Positions 12,338 through 24,511 of a DNA stretch of 64,000 bases are shown here, in pieces. The DNA comes from Octopus vulgaris (lineage: Eukaryota): positions 4,712,001 to 4,776,000 of the forward strand of contig OX597834.1 in assembly GCA_951406725.2 (NCBI GenBank), written 5' to 3'. The notes below the pieces were generated by a model. It worked only from the letters and a program-made list of their open reading frames with translations, ran no database searches and was not told where the DNA came from. A program made the position numbers and the translations under genes. How positions within the stretch are numbered: the first letter of the stretch is position 1; each line of letters starts with the position of its first letter.

Positions 12338-12645
12338 CTAGCAGAAAGACCGCCCTTCAGGCGGCTTTCTGCTAGCCCTTTGTTAATATTTTCACATTTG
12401 ATTCCCAATTCTAATAATTTCTCATATTTTATGTCTAATTATTTCTTTGTATAATAGTGCTCACTTGCTTAGTAAATATTGCCTTCATTATTTTATCACA
12501 GTCATAATCTCTCTTTTTTAAACAAACACCACGGTAGTCCAACTACAGAAAGAGAAACAATTTGTTAAGTTTTACCCTCCCTTCAAAGCAAGATAGAGAT
12601 TGCAATTCAGCAGCTCATCTGTTAGCGTTGCAGTGTGTGTGTGTA

Positions 12646-12677
<32 letters not shown>

Positions 12678-13812
12678 GGTGGGGGAGAGAGAACATTTCA
12701 AATAATGAATGAAATAAACATGAAATGAAAAAAAATTGTATAAATAAAAAGGCAGATGTATACACCTCTGAATTTGTTGTCTCATAACATCCAGAAAGAT
12801 GGATAATTTTGCACAAAATTTTCTACAAATACCGCTTAGATGTTGTGGCTGCAGAGTATATAGGGAATTATATGAAAGAATTTTTCCGAGGGGGTGGAGA
12901 CAGGAGTTTTTGGAAAATTCACACGATCTGATTTTGTTCCCTCATTATTTTCACGAAAATGGGTATCTTTTAATGAAAATATATACAAATCCCTTTCAAA
13001 CGGCATAGATTACGATTTTAAAGAAATTGACGGTGAAAATTTTTTCGAGGCTTTTCCACAATCTTTTTAAACAATAGCCTTCACAATGTTGGTAGGGGGC
13101 ATCGATATATGAAAAAAATTTTGAAAACTCTTTCTTTTAACCACCCCCTCCTTCATCATCCCACTCCATTTTTTTTTCACTTCAAAACCATGGGAAGAAC
13201 ATTTTCGGTAGCAACAAAAAAAACAGTTAATATTTTCAGAGGGAAAAGTGAATGATTTAAAGGCGATTTGGCTGTTGTTTCTAGCACATCCAAAGATACC
13301 CCCCCCTCGTTTCTTTATCACTCTCGCATGTATTGATGTTTTTCAATATAAATGAGGCGAGAAATGAACCCCGCACCCCACTGCTATAATATGAAGGGAT
13401 AAAGAAGAGGATTAAATGGTAAATAAAAATTATTGAGAATTATTTATTACAAAAAAGAGAACTGTGAATGAACAAGGAACATTTTAAAAGGGTGGAGGGG
13501 GGAAAGATTTTTGCAGAAATATTTGAATTAATTGTAAAAACGTAAGCACCCGAGAGTGGGGCCGAGGTGACCGTCTCATCTTTATTTGTACAAATCCATA
13601 GCATTCATCTTTCATATGTTATATGTCCCCACATATCCTGTATTGTCCCCTCTTCGTTGGCCCTTTGTGGGCAAAAGAGAAGCAAATTTCTTAGAACATG
13701 AATTTATACAAATATTTCCAGACGGTCAACCCTTTAATAATTGCTTTCGTTTAGTATTTTTACTAATTGTTACATATCTAATTAATAGGCAGCTTTCTCC
13801 ATTTAGTATAGA
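12338..13812 (-). mobile_element. Non-autonomous Helitron-like element
   Basis: The minus strand begins TCTATACTAAA and ends with a GC-rich hairpin (CCGCCTGAAGGGCGG) followed by CTAG|T. No TSD. Confidence 0.7.
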
Positions 13813-13851
13813 CATGTGTGTGTGTGTGTGTGTGTGTGTGTCTGCATATAT

Positions 13852-14084
13852 ATTTCTTTACTACATACAAGGGGCTAAACACAGAGGGGACAAACAAGGA
13901 CAGACAAACGGATTAAGTCGATTAGATCAACCCTAGTGCGTAACTGGTACTTAATTTATCGACCCCGAAAGGATGAAAGGCAAAATCGACCTCGGCGGAA
14001 TTTTGAACTCAGAACGTAACGGCAGGCGAAATACGGCTACGCATTTCGCGCTGCGTGCTAACGTTTCTGCCAGCTCGCCGCCTT
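13852..14084 (-). mobile_element. SINE family B monomer (GAAATA tail)
   Basis: Full head plus one unit on the minus strand, flanked by TGTGTGT(C/G)TGCATATAT direct repeats. Confidence 0.9.
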
Positions 14085-14149
14085 GTGTGTGTGCATATAT
14101 GTATGCATACACATACACGAAACTCACTCACATACACACATATATTATG

Positions 14150-14440
14150 AACTCTCCCGTCGAAGACAACGTGCGAATGTTCAGCTTTTTGTCGAATGAC
14201 CTTCACAAATGATTCGTTTATAGTGATCAAATGTTCGTGCCGCATATTAGCTCCCTCTCTCCATCAAATCGACGTTGTCTGAACTGGTGCAAGGTGTGCC
14301 GAGCGTCAGGTGTCGAAGTGATCTCAGAGCAACGCGAGATGAAGTGTTTTTTGCTCAAGAGCGCAACGCACCACCCGATCTAGGAATCGAAACCACAATC
14401 TCGCGTATACTACCCTAACAACTAAACCACGTGACCTCGC
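14150..14440 (-). mobile_element. Old tRNA-derived SINE (head related to family C)
   Basis: The minus strand has a GTGGTTTAGTTGTTAGGG A-box region and a GGTTTCGATTCC B-box, followed by a TTGAGCAAAAAACACTTCA segment. Confidence 0.6.
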
Positions 14441-14479
14441 ATATCAACTACATTATTGTTGGGAGATTACAGTTTACTC

Positions 14480-15200
14480 GAAGTATCAGCACCCAGCTTC
14501 CACTGCAGCATCAAGACTGCTCTGGAATTTGGCCCATATGCGTTCCACACAGTGTTCATGGGGAAAGCGCCTTGATCTTGGTCACGACTACGACCCGCAT
14601 GTTGCAGGCAAAGCGGTTGGTGTCTTTGTCAACCGCACCCCGCACGTAGCAGTCCACATGATTACAATCGGGAGAATTAGGAAACAGAAATTGGGACTGG
14701 TGAAGTAGTAGAAATTGTCCGACAACTACTTGGTCCGTGGGTATTGCAAGGAGCCAGATCCCGCTGCGAAGCATATTACCTTTGAGCAGCAACCCGTTTC
14801 TGCCAGGGATTGACCACCAGGGATTGACCACAGTCTGCAGCAGCTTCACATAGACGTCAAAATTGCCCCTAAGGACTTGTACAAAAGTGTGAGGATGAAC
14901 TCCAGCAGACGCAGTCAGGGCCCATGTCACATCTTACAGCCTTTACAGTGTTCATAGAGAATTGAGCAGCAGTGATGCTGTCGGCATTTTGATACCCGGT
15001 TCGAATCATCAGGATACTTGTAACTCTTTTCCAATATTCAAATGGCTTCCTAGCTTCCATGTCAACTGACTTTTTCTCAACTACAACTTGAATCATTATG
15101 CTCTCCAATGTCGTTGACTTTTCCCCTAAAACATCAAGCTGTTCCTGCAAAAAGGATACATAAATGTCGTCGAATTTAGCCCGCCCGAACATCCTGTATA
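14480..15200 (-). mobile_element. Decayed Tc1/mariner-superfamily transposase (maT/DD37D-like)
   Basis: ORF 14556-14930 contains FPNSPDCNHVDCYVRGAVDKDTN, matching the WPxNSPDxNPxDYxVWG third-Asp motif. Frameshifted. Confidence 0.7.
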
Positions 15201-15989
15201 TTGAGAGGAAGAGGGATAGTGAAACAAATCGTGTTAGCTCAAGCCCATCCTAAATCGGAAACCTTCCGGCACTTTGGACCTTTCAAGTACGTATCTGGAA
15301 GTATACAAAGAATATTTCATATGTTATATAACTTTTGTTTGGTTTGAGGATGATTTGTTATTCCTTTCAGCATGACGAGTGTTACAAAATTATGATAGTT
15401 GCAAGATTATCAATAGTTAATTATTTCTCTTTTATGATCAAAATGTCATCATAGAACATATAATACTTGGATTAAAAACAAGATGATGTTCTCACATTAC
15501 CTTAATGGTGGAGTCGTTAAATGGAATAAGACGGTATAACAGATTAAAAATATCTGTACAAATCTGCTGAGAAAGCGTAAAATATAGTAGGACATAGTAA
15601 TCAAACTCCAACTTTAGCTTGAACCCCTCCTTGCTCTTCCCATCTGTAAATTACTGGATCAATTCAACTATTGGCGTCTTTTAATTCTTAGCACTTTGGT
15701 CAGTCTCACATATCTACTATCAAATTTGCAAGGAGGCGGCTAATCCATTTTCGTCTTCTTCTCTTCCAATTACTCAGCTGTGTCCAGATATTAGGGATTA
15801 TATAAATGTATTATGTAGAAGCAAACAAACACGTTAATTCTTTATGTTTGTCATTTCTTAACTCTATTCTGTGAAATTTTAGCCTATTCAACCTTTTACC
15901 TTTCGGAAAGTAATTTTATTTTTATCCATACAAATTTTCCTAATAACCGAATGCAGTTGTATCGTTGTTACTTAAAACTATTCGAAGTA

Positions 15990-16359
15990 GGCACTACTAG
16001 CGAACAGTGGTCCCGGTGCGCGCACTCGCGCATCCGCGCTAGCTAGTCGTAAGTAGTCGATCCTATTTTTCGAACAAAGTAAATAACACGCAAAGTAAAT
16101 AATTTTTTAAACTAAGTAAATAAATTATTTTTTATAAACGAACTAAGGTTAGGGTTAGGGTTAAAAATAATTAAAAAAAAAATTATTTACTTTGCGTTTT
16201 ATTTACTTTGTTCGAAAAATACAAAAAAACCCATTTTCAGCCTTGAACTACAAACATGTATCGCGCATGCGCGAAAGTCATTGTAGGATTGACTACTTAC
16301 GACTAGCTAGCGCGGATGCGCGAGTGCGCGCACCGGGACCACTGTTCGTTAGTAATACC
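15990..16359. mobile_element. Foldback/MITE with nested inverted repeats and a central (TTAGGG)-like tract
   Basis: Outer 76-bp CpG-rich arms at 15990-16065 and 16284-16359, inner arms at ~16069-16108 and 16175-16216, and GGTTAGGGTTAGGGTT at ~16147-16162. Confidence 0.85.
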
Positions 16360-16556
16360 TTCGATGTAATCATACAAAGTTGTTTTGTTGTTTATATTTG
16401 CGGGGCAGACTTTAAATAATCTTCATTCTTACGAATAATTTAATATAATATAATTAATTACGATAGAGAAAGCAATCAGTCATAAAATTATATACTTCCA
16501 AAGACAACGGGTAAAACTGTACAACGGCTTAATGTTTGTCGGCACAACTCTGAATA

Positions 16557-16750
16557 TACTCTTGTTTCAGTCATTTGACTGCGGCCATGCTGGAGCACCG
16601 CCTTCAATCGAGCAACTCGACCCCGCGAATTATTCTTTGTAAGCCCAGTACTTATTCTATCGGTCTCTTTTGCCGAACCGCTAAGTGACGGGGACATAAA
16701 CACACCAGCATCGGTTGTCAAGCAATGCTAGGGGGACAAATACAGACACA

Positions 16751-16841
<91 letters not shown>

Positions 16842-17004
16842 GACGGGCTTCTTTCAGTTTCCGTTTACCAAATCCACTCACAAGGCTTTGGTTGGCCCGA
16901 GGCTATAGTAGAAGACACTTGCCCAAGGTGCCACGCAGTGGGACTGAACCCGGAACCATGTGGTTGGTAAACAAGCTACTTACCACACAGCCACTCCTGC
17001 GTCT
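16557..17004 (-). mobile_element. SINE family A, full length
   Basis: Reverse complement of the 2373-2770 family, with a long internal (TA)n(TG)n. Confidence 0.92.
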
Positions 17005-17851
17005 ATAACTTTAATATATGTTGAAAACAGAAATGATTCTTCTCTTATTAGATATTTCTCCAAGGTCGCTTATAATTAATGATATCATCTAAAAAATAAT
17101 TGCGGGTTTGATCATTTCGAAGCCAATAGATACTGATAAAACATTCCCCCAGTGCAACAGAATTCAAGACTTTAAATGTTGAAAGTTTGTATTTGACCCC
17201 GTAGTTAGACGTGTATAAATACTATAGGAAAATACGAAAATATGTTGGAAATTATCATTAATATAGAATTGAAAGCATGTTATTTAGAATCAATGACAAT
17301 CTGGAATATGTCATAAAATGTAAGTGGACATTATTATAATCTTAAAATTATTACATTCATTGTCGTTTGCTGGCCGATATATAAGTGAATGTAATTTACT
17401 TGACAGAACAAAACTAGATTACGACAACAGACTTAAAATGTTCTGGCTGTTATCAGAGGAAAACAATTGTAAATGGGAAAAGAAACAATGAGATGTTTCG
17501 TTTGCTTTGACAACGGAAAACAAAAGAAATATCATTTTTTTCTTTTTGTAAAAATCAAATTCCTTGGAAAGTATTTGTAATAAATGTATATACAATGGCG
17601 AACGCTAGTCTCTACGGAAGATTAAAGTTAAAGAGGATTTCAAGATGGTTAAGCAACTGATGCTTTTTATAGTTATTAGATTTTACGTTCTTCTTTTTAC
17701 CTTGCTTATTTCCAGTTTTATGAAAAGAAAAAAATATAGACAGCAATTGTGCAGCGTACAGACACGCGTACATCTATATAGATATTTGACACAGATACAT
17801 ATATGTGGTTGTGTGAGTACGCCTGTCTCTTTCTGTAAATATATAAAAGTG

Positions 17852-18200
<349 letters not shown>

Positions 18201-18759
18201 CACCCACATTATTTTCCGTGTTCCAGAGAGAGATAGGAAATGAAAGTAAAAAAAAAAAAATTAAGCATATAATGAAAAAGTCGATATTAAAAATATCTTG
18301 GCAAACAAGTTAAAAATTTCTATTTTCAGGAACTGGATTTTTTTCTTATATTAAAACAAATCTGAATATTTAACCAATGAAAACATTTTTTGACAATTAT
18401 CGTTTCCTTTTATTTCTTTAATATAATTTGGAAATAGCATTAAGTCTTAGACAAAATGTATTCACTTTAGTAGAAATAGGGGAAAATAATTTATATTTCT
18501 TTTTCTGAAATACTTTTTCCTGATAGGTGCCTGTATCTATTTTATATTTTCTAATACATTATATTCGGCAGTGGCTGGTGTTGTTTGTAGCCTTGGTGGG
18601 AGTGAAAATGTTGTTGATGACGATTATGTTAATGAATATAATGTAAATAAAGTTGTTTTTGATTTGTTCTTGCTTTATAAAACTGCAACAATACTTTTAT
18701 GGATATGTACTTGCATAGCAAGTGACTTGATCTGAGATCGTGTGCTAGAACGAAAACAA

Positions 18760-18919
18760 TTGCAGCGTGGGAGGATATGCAGCACGAAGTTTCGTCAGCG
18801 AACAGGTCGCGGTCTCAAAGTGACGAAAATAGTTTGACAAATTAACTTTAAATGTTGGAGTGAATCGAAAGGCTTTTGTGTGTTTCTTAAATGGCTTATA
18901 AACACCTCCCACGCTGCAA
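18760..18919. mobile_element. Small MITE-like element
   Basis: Perfect 15-bp inverted repeat TTGCAGCGTGGGAGG / CCTCCCACGCTGCAA. Confidence 0.55.
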
Positions 18920-19134
18920 ATATGTGTTTGATTTGTAGTAAATAAACTCTTTATGAAACAAGTCAGATTCAGGGGGAAATATTACTGAAGTGTTTGTCCA
19001 TTTCATAAAAGGATATCCATCAATAAAACAGATTTATAACGTAGAGAAAATGGTCTTATAAAATATTCACCAGGGGTTTCAGTGTTTAGTACTGAACTTA
19101 ATATAATATAGGCAAATTTGTGTGCATGTTCATA

Positions 19135-19545
19135 TTGGTCTCAAATTTTGGTAAAGGGACAGCAATCTCATGGGAAGAGGTAAATCGATTGTGTTGACCC
19201 CAGAACTCAACTGGTACTTATTTTATAGACACCGAAAAGATGAAAGGCAAAGTCGACCTCGGCAGAATTTGAGCTCAGAACGTCAAGTCAGACGAAATGC
19301 TGATACGCGTTTTAGCCGATGTGCCAGCGATTTCAGAGCCGGCAGAATCGTTAGCACGTCGGGGCAAAATGTTTAATGACGTTTCGTCCGTCCTTAAATT
19401 CTCAGTTTAAATTTCGTTGAGGTCCACTTTGCCTTTCATCTTTTCGGGGGTTGTTAAAATAAGTACCAGTTGAGCAATGAGCTCGACATGATCGGCTTAC
19501 CCCTTGTCCGAAATTGCTTGCATAGTGCAAAATTTGATACCAATA
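19135..19545. mobile_element. Two old SINE B copies (alternative tail) arranged head-to-head
   Basis: Minus copy at ~19135-19335 (GATGAAAGGCAAAGTCGACCTCGGC) and plus copy at ~19336-19545 (GAGGTCCACTTTGCCTTTCATC). Confidence 0.75.
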
Positions 19546-19586
19546 TACTTTCTTCACGTATTAATTATTCTGTATTCATTTTCCAT

Positions 19587-19967
19587 AAGGCGGCGAGCTG
19601 GCAGACTCGTTAGCGCGCTGGACAAAATGTTTAGCGGTATTTCGTCTGCCGCTACGTTCTAACCCCGAAAGGATGAAAGGCAAAGTCGACCTCGGCGGAA
19701 TTTGAGCTCAGAACGTAACGGCAGACGAAATACCTATTTCTTTACTACCCACAAGGGGCTAAACACAGAGAGGACAAACAAGGACAGATAAACAGATTAA
19801 GTCGATTGTATCGACCCCAGTGCGTAACTGATACTTAATTTATCGACCTCGAAAGGATGAAAGGCAAAGTCGACCTCGGCGGAATTTGAACTCAGAACGT
19901 AACGGCAGACGAAATACCGCTCAGCATTTCGCGCGGCGTGCTAACGATTCTGCCAGCTCGCCGCCTT
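19587..19967. mobile_element. Rearranged SINE B: plus-strand head fused to a minus-strand head + unit + partial unit
   Basis: AAGGCGGCGAGCTGGCAG at 19587 and its reverse complement ending at 19967. The internal junction GACGAAATACC|TATTTC at ~19735 is identical to that of the other concatemers. Confidence 0.85.
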
Positions 19968-20983
19968 ATTGAACGCCATTATTAAAACTCATCAATACAT
20001 CAGTATTAGCTACAATTATTACGATATCGATTTAAGAACCATCCAACTTACCTACTTAGAGTAGAGTTTTGGAAAATACTTGCGCATCAACCTCCTTATG
20101 AGGACATTCCATTTAAAAAGCTTCGTTAATTTTTCATGAGAAAAATCTTTTTAATTCGAAAACGTGGGCGATCCAAAGTTTACGGAACGAGGCAAAAAAT
20201 TAAATGGAATTTTTTCACTGAATGATCAAAGCTAAATAAGGAGGTTGGCGAGAGTGATTGATGATATTGATGATGATGATGATGATGATGATCATTTCAA
20301 TTAGTATCAAAGGATTAAAATATTTTCTAACTACATTAGATCCCGAACAAACAACATGGTGTCTTTCATTTTGATGATGATGACGACGACGACGACGAAG
20401 ATGATCGCAGTGGCGATGAAGAAGTTCTTCACCCTTATCTTCTATAGTATTATGATTCTTGTTTTGGTAGTGGTGGTGGTGGTGATGATGATGATGATGA
20501 TGACGATGATAATATTCATGAATATGAGTCTGATCCTGATAGTACTGATGATGCTCGTATTAATTGGAATATTTGCAATAACATTATTGTATTGGATATC
20601 ATATTGATAAAATGTGATTTAAGCCAGATTAAGTATAAGAAACCTGTTCAATTCTAACTCTTAAATGGGTAATATCTAACTCCACTTAAACGTGCGTCTT
20701 TTGTTAGAACAAACTATTGTGTGGTAGGTACCATGAGAGAAACTCTCATAGAGGCATTCTTCGTATAAACTAGACTTTGCCCCTGAAGGAAAGGATAAAC
20801 AAGACTTAGTGAATGCCAACTGTAACACATGGGGGATCATACGGGACACGTCTCTCCATTACAAGTGCTATAAACCATGATGCCTCCTGTTTTTCTCTCT
20901 GTATTTAACTGAGTTTAACTCAGTTCATTTAATAAACACGCAGTTTATTAAGTGTATATATATAGTACCATATATTGTAATGT

Positions 20984-21276
20984 GTGGAGGCGCAATGGCC
21001 TAGTGGTTAGGGCAGCGGACTCGCGGTCGGAGGATCGCGGTTTCGATTCCCAGACCGGGCGTTGTGTGTGTTTATTGAGCGAAAATACCTGAAAGCTCCA
21101 CGAGGCTCCGGCAGGGGGTGGTGATCCCTGCTGTACTCTTTCACCACTCTTTCTTCTGTTGGCCTGCTCGCTTAGTCAGCGGGGTGGCGTCATTCGAAGG
21201 CCAAAACAATGCGAACACATTGTGACCAGCGATGTGTAACAACATCTGATGGTCTGGTCGGTCACGTGATCACGTG
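20984..21276 (+). mobile_element. tRNA-derived SINE family C (tail type 1)
   Basis: A-box TGGCCTAGTGG, B-box GGTTTCGATTCC, tail ending CACGTGATCACGTG, and a 12-bp TSD ATATTGTAATGT at 20972-20983 and 21277-21288. Confidence 0.92.
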
Positions 21277-21469
21277 ATATTGTAATGTATTATAGAATAT
21301 ATCTATAGATGTGTTTGCTAACACTGTTTTACGACAAATGTAAATGGTGGGTTCATGGGGTTGAAAAGAAAAGCGGCAGACGCTGAAGACATATTTTGAT
21401 TCTTATTAGAATATTTATCACCAACTGTGCACCCCACTTAACTATCTGCGAACAAGTGCTTCTACACCA

Positions 21470-21504
21470 ATTTCTTTACTGCCCACCGGGGGCCAAATAT
21501 AGAA
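21470..21504 (-). mobile_element. 35-bp 5'-truncated insertion of a SINE B-type 3' tail
   Basis: Matches TATTTCTTTACTACCCACAAGGGGCTAAACATAGA and is flanked by a 16-bp TSD AAGTGCTTCTACACCA at 21454-21469 and 21505-21520. Confidence 0.8.
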
Positions 21505-21630
21505 AAGTGCTTCTACACCAGTTGATATTAGCCGTTAAAGTAAACTGAATCGACTAATTTGCATGTAAAATATTCTCTCGGCAACTAGATGAATTTTAAA
21601 ATACAGTTATATTAATAGTATTTTGTATGT

Positions 21631-21945
21631 GTGGAGGCGTAATGGCCCAGTGGTTTGGGCAACGGACTCGCGGTCATATGATCGCGGTTTCGATTCACAA
21701 ACTGGGCGTTGTGAGTGTTTATTGAGCGAAAGCACCCTAATCTCTAAGAGGCTTCCTGTTTCTGTTATACCTGTATTTCAAAGAGCCAGCCTTGTTACAC
21801 TCTGTATCACGCTGACTTCCTCCGAGAACTACGTTAAGGGTACGCGTGTCTGTGGAGTACTCAGCCACTTGCACGTTAATTTCACGTGCAGGCTGTTCCG
21901 TTGAGTGGATCAACTGGAACCCACGTCTTGGTAACCGACGGAGGG
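21631..21945 (+). mobile_element. SINE family C (tail type 2)
   Basis: Same head as 20984. The tail GAGAACTACGTTAAGGGTAC...GTAACCGACGGAG is shared with 41207-41592. Confidence 0.85.
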
Positions 21946-22014
21946 CCACGATTTTGTATCTGTAGCGTAACATTGACAACACAGTGTGTTATGACGACTT
22001 TAAATAATATCTAC

Positions 22015-22415
22015 AGGTGTGGCTGTGTGGTAAGATGCTTATTTCCCAACGACGTGGATCCGGTTCAGTCCCACTGCGTGGCACCTTGGACGAGTGTCTT
22101 CTACTATAGTCGCGGGCCGACCGAAACCTTGTCAGGGGATTTGGTAGACGGAAACTGAAAGAAGCCCGTCTTTATATGTGAAAATATTTATGTATGTGTG
22201 TCTTTATGTTTGTGTTTATTCTCTACCACTGCTTGAGAACTAGTCTTGGTGTGTTTACGACCCTGTAAGTTAGCGGTTCGTCAAAAGATTCCGATAGAAT
22301 AAGTACCAGGTTTAAAATAATAAGTCACGGGGTTGATTTAGTCGACTAGAATTTCTTCAAGACAATGCTCCAGCATGGCCGCAGTCTAAAAACTGAAACA
22401 GATAAACGATAAAAG
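22015..22415 (+). mobile_element. SINE family A, diverged
   Basis: GTGGCTGTGTGGTAAG...GATTTGGTAGACGGAAACTGAAAGAAGCCCGTC...CTCCAGCATGGCCGCAGTC. Confidence 0.85.
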
Positions 22416-23873
22416 CTATGACATCTTACTGGACCGTACAGTAGCCATTACCTTCTGTTTTTTTTTTAATGATAGTTTGTTTATTAAACGTAGCACAAAA
22501 ACCAACAGGAGCGAGTATCCGTTGGCTCTTCAAAATTGTTAGTCTACCGTAGAATAAATATTAGGATAATTGTCAAATTAATGAACGTTTTTTTCATACG
22601 CTTACCTATTTTTAGGAAGGTTCCAATCGATATTCAAGGAAGATTTCAATCAATATTATTTCCAGTCTACTTCAGATAGTATTCCTGTTCCAGGGCTGAA
22701 ACTGAACTTGGAAGAGACATCACTATGTACTTGAAACTAAAGAAAATGTCTAAATAAAGTAGGTACCGTCAAGCTTATTTAGCGTAAATATACTAGCTGA
22801 ACATGAAGTTTGTAAGACGAAGTGCAGCGACATGTACATTTATAGTTGCGAAAATAACCACAGACAGATGTGCGTGGATCTTGTATTTAACAACGGTAGT
22901 CATGTCTGTATTTCATAACCGTATAGCGAAATGAACAAAGCCATAGAAAAGTTATTGCTTCTATATGACAGAAAGTTATGAATTCGGTTAAAAATATATA
23001 TCGCTTCCGGAGATCCAAAAATATCAAACAATGTCGATCTCTAAACACACCAGAAATGCATTTCAAAAGCCATCTGACATTTTCAATATTACTACTGAAA
23101 AACAACGCAGTCAAAAACATAGATAAGTCTATTAATAACATCAACTGAAATATATTTTCATGGTTTTATTAACGTTTAGCAACCTACCTACTCTTGTCAC
23201 AATTTGGCGTCTGCATATATGTAGTATCCTATATAAATAACGATGTGCGTAAAAAGCTAGTGCATTTATATATACAAGTACACGCTAGTGTGTATATATA
23301 TATATATATATATATACTTATGTATTTGTATGTATGTATGTATGTATGTATGTATGTATGTATGTATGTATGTATGTATGTGTATGTAGGTACATATGTG
23401 CATACATATAAACAAGCAGGTATTCATACAAGTACCCGCCTATTGTCACGAATGTATTGCAAGAGTAAGCACAACTTGTTTATTTTATAGACATAAGTTG
23501 TTCAAATCGCATATTGTGGGTAAAATAAGTTTTCTCAACTCGAGTCTCTATCAGAAGCAATCGATTTGTCCCATCATTGAACTAATCTCGTCAATCAGTT
23601 TTGAAAAAGGGAATTCAGTTGTGTACCGAATTACACAATTCTTCAGAGTTTTTTTTTTTTCGCGTCGTCTGCTATAATATCATTTTTCCCGAAGGTTGAC
23701 CATCAGGAGACCTAAAATGTGAACTAATATTTCAAATGAAAAACAATATTTCGGTAATGCTCATGATGAAATAACTAGCTCAACGAAATCAACATTATGT
23801 ATGTAATATATATATATACCGCCAGCGATTTTTTTCCTCTGTCTTTCCTTCTCGGGATCTTCCCTTCTCCTAT

Positions 23874-23908
23874 GTTTCCGACGAAGAGCTCCGCTCGAAA
23901 CGTTAAAC
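23874..23908 (+). ncRNA. Minimal type I hammerhead ribozyme motif (U4C core variant)
   Basis: GTTT-CCGACGA-A-GAGC-TCC-GCTC-GAA-ACGT-T-AAAC. Stem I is GTTT/AAAC, stem II is GAGC/GCTC, stem III is the palindrome ACGT, and the putative cleavage triplet is GUU. Confidence 0.65.
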
Positions 23909-24074
23909 CCTCCTTCTTCCCTTCTTTCCTGAGCATCCAATAATACTTTATTTGTTCCACGTCCTCGCGTTGCTGTGTTTTTTGTTTTTTTGTTTTTTGT
24001 GTTTTCTTGTTTGGATTAACTATATATAGTTTTTTTCCTCTGTCTTCCCTTCTCGGGATCTTTCCTTCTCCTAT

Positions 24075-24109
24075 GTTTCCGACGAAGAGCTCCACTCGAA
24101 ACGTTAAAT
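24075..24109 (+). ncRNA. Second minimal type I hammerhead motif
   Basis: GTTT-CCGACGA-A-GAGC-TCC-ACTC-GAA-ACGT-T-AAAT. It has one stem II mismatch next to the loop and a G-U pair in stem I. Confidence 0.55.
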
Positions 24110-24207
24110 CCTCCTTCTTCCCTTCTTTCCTGAGCGTCCAATAATACTTTATTTGTTCCACGTCCTCGCGTTGCTGTGTTTTTTTTTTTGTGTTTTCTTG
24201 TTTGGAT

Positions 24208-24242
<35 letters not shown>

Positions 24243-24244
<2 letters not shown>

Positions 24245-24409
24245 TTGACTGCTATTTCTAAATTCGGTGTGTTGGTGAGGCAATTCGTTGCTAAATCCTT
24301 AATTACTTAGTATTACTTAAATTTTCCTCGAATGGGGCTTTTACATACCGAAATCTACTTGGTGTAATTGATAATTATCCCTAATTAATTAATTTCACCC
24401 TTTTATTAT

Positions 24410-24415
<6 letters not shown>
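24243..24415 (+). repeat. (TA)n-embedded repeat related to 47510-47695
   Basis: Shares 'ctgctatttctaaa...cttttacatac.gaa..ctacttggtg.aatt...cccttttattatt' and lies between TA tracts. Confidence 0.65.
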
Positions 24416-24454
<39 letters not shown>

Positions 24455-24511
24455 CACATATATATAATGTAGGCACATTAAAAGGGTTTGTTTTGTTATT
24501 GTTTTATGAAA

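Larger units (their letters stand above)
23829..24212 (+). mobile_element. Tandem dimer of a ~201-bp hammerhead-containing repeat (retrozyme-like or Penelope pLTR-like)
   Basis: Two highly similar units with a 201-bp period, each ending GGATTAAC-TATATA and each carrying a hammerhead motif. Embedded in TA tracts. Confidence 0.8.

Noticed and set aside
16147-16162. Interstitial telomere or chromosome-fusion scar
   Set aside because: Under three repeat units, and located inside a foldback element.
20356-20607. Hydrophobic 83-aa membrane-protein-like ORF
   Set aside because: Built from (GAT)n/(GAC)n/(GGT)n microsatellite runs.
20984-21060. tRNA gene
   Set aside because: The tRNA-like head continues into a SINE body with a TSD, and there is no proper acceptor stem or terminator.
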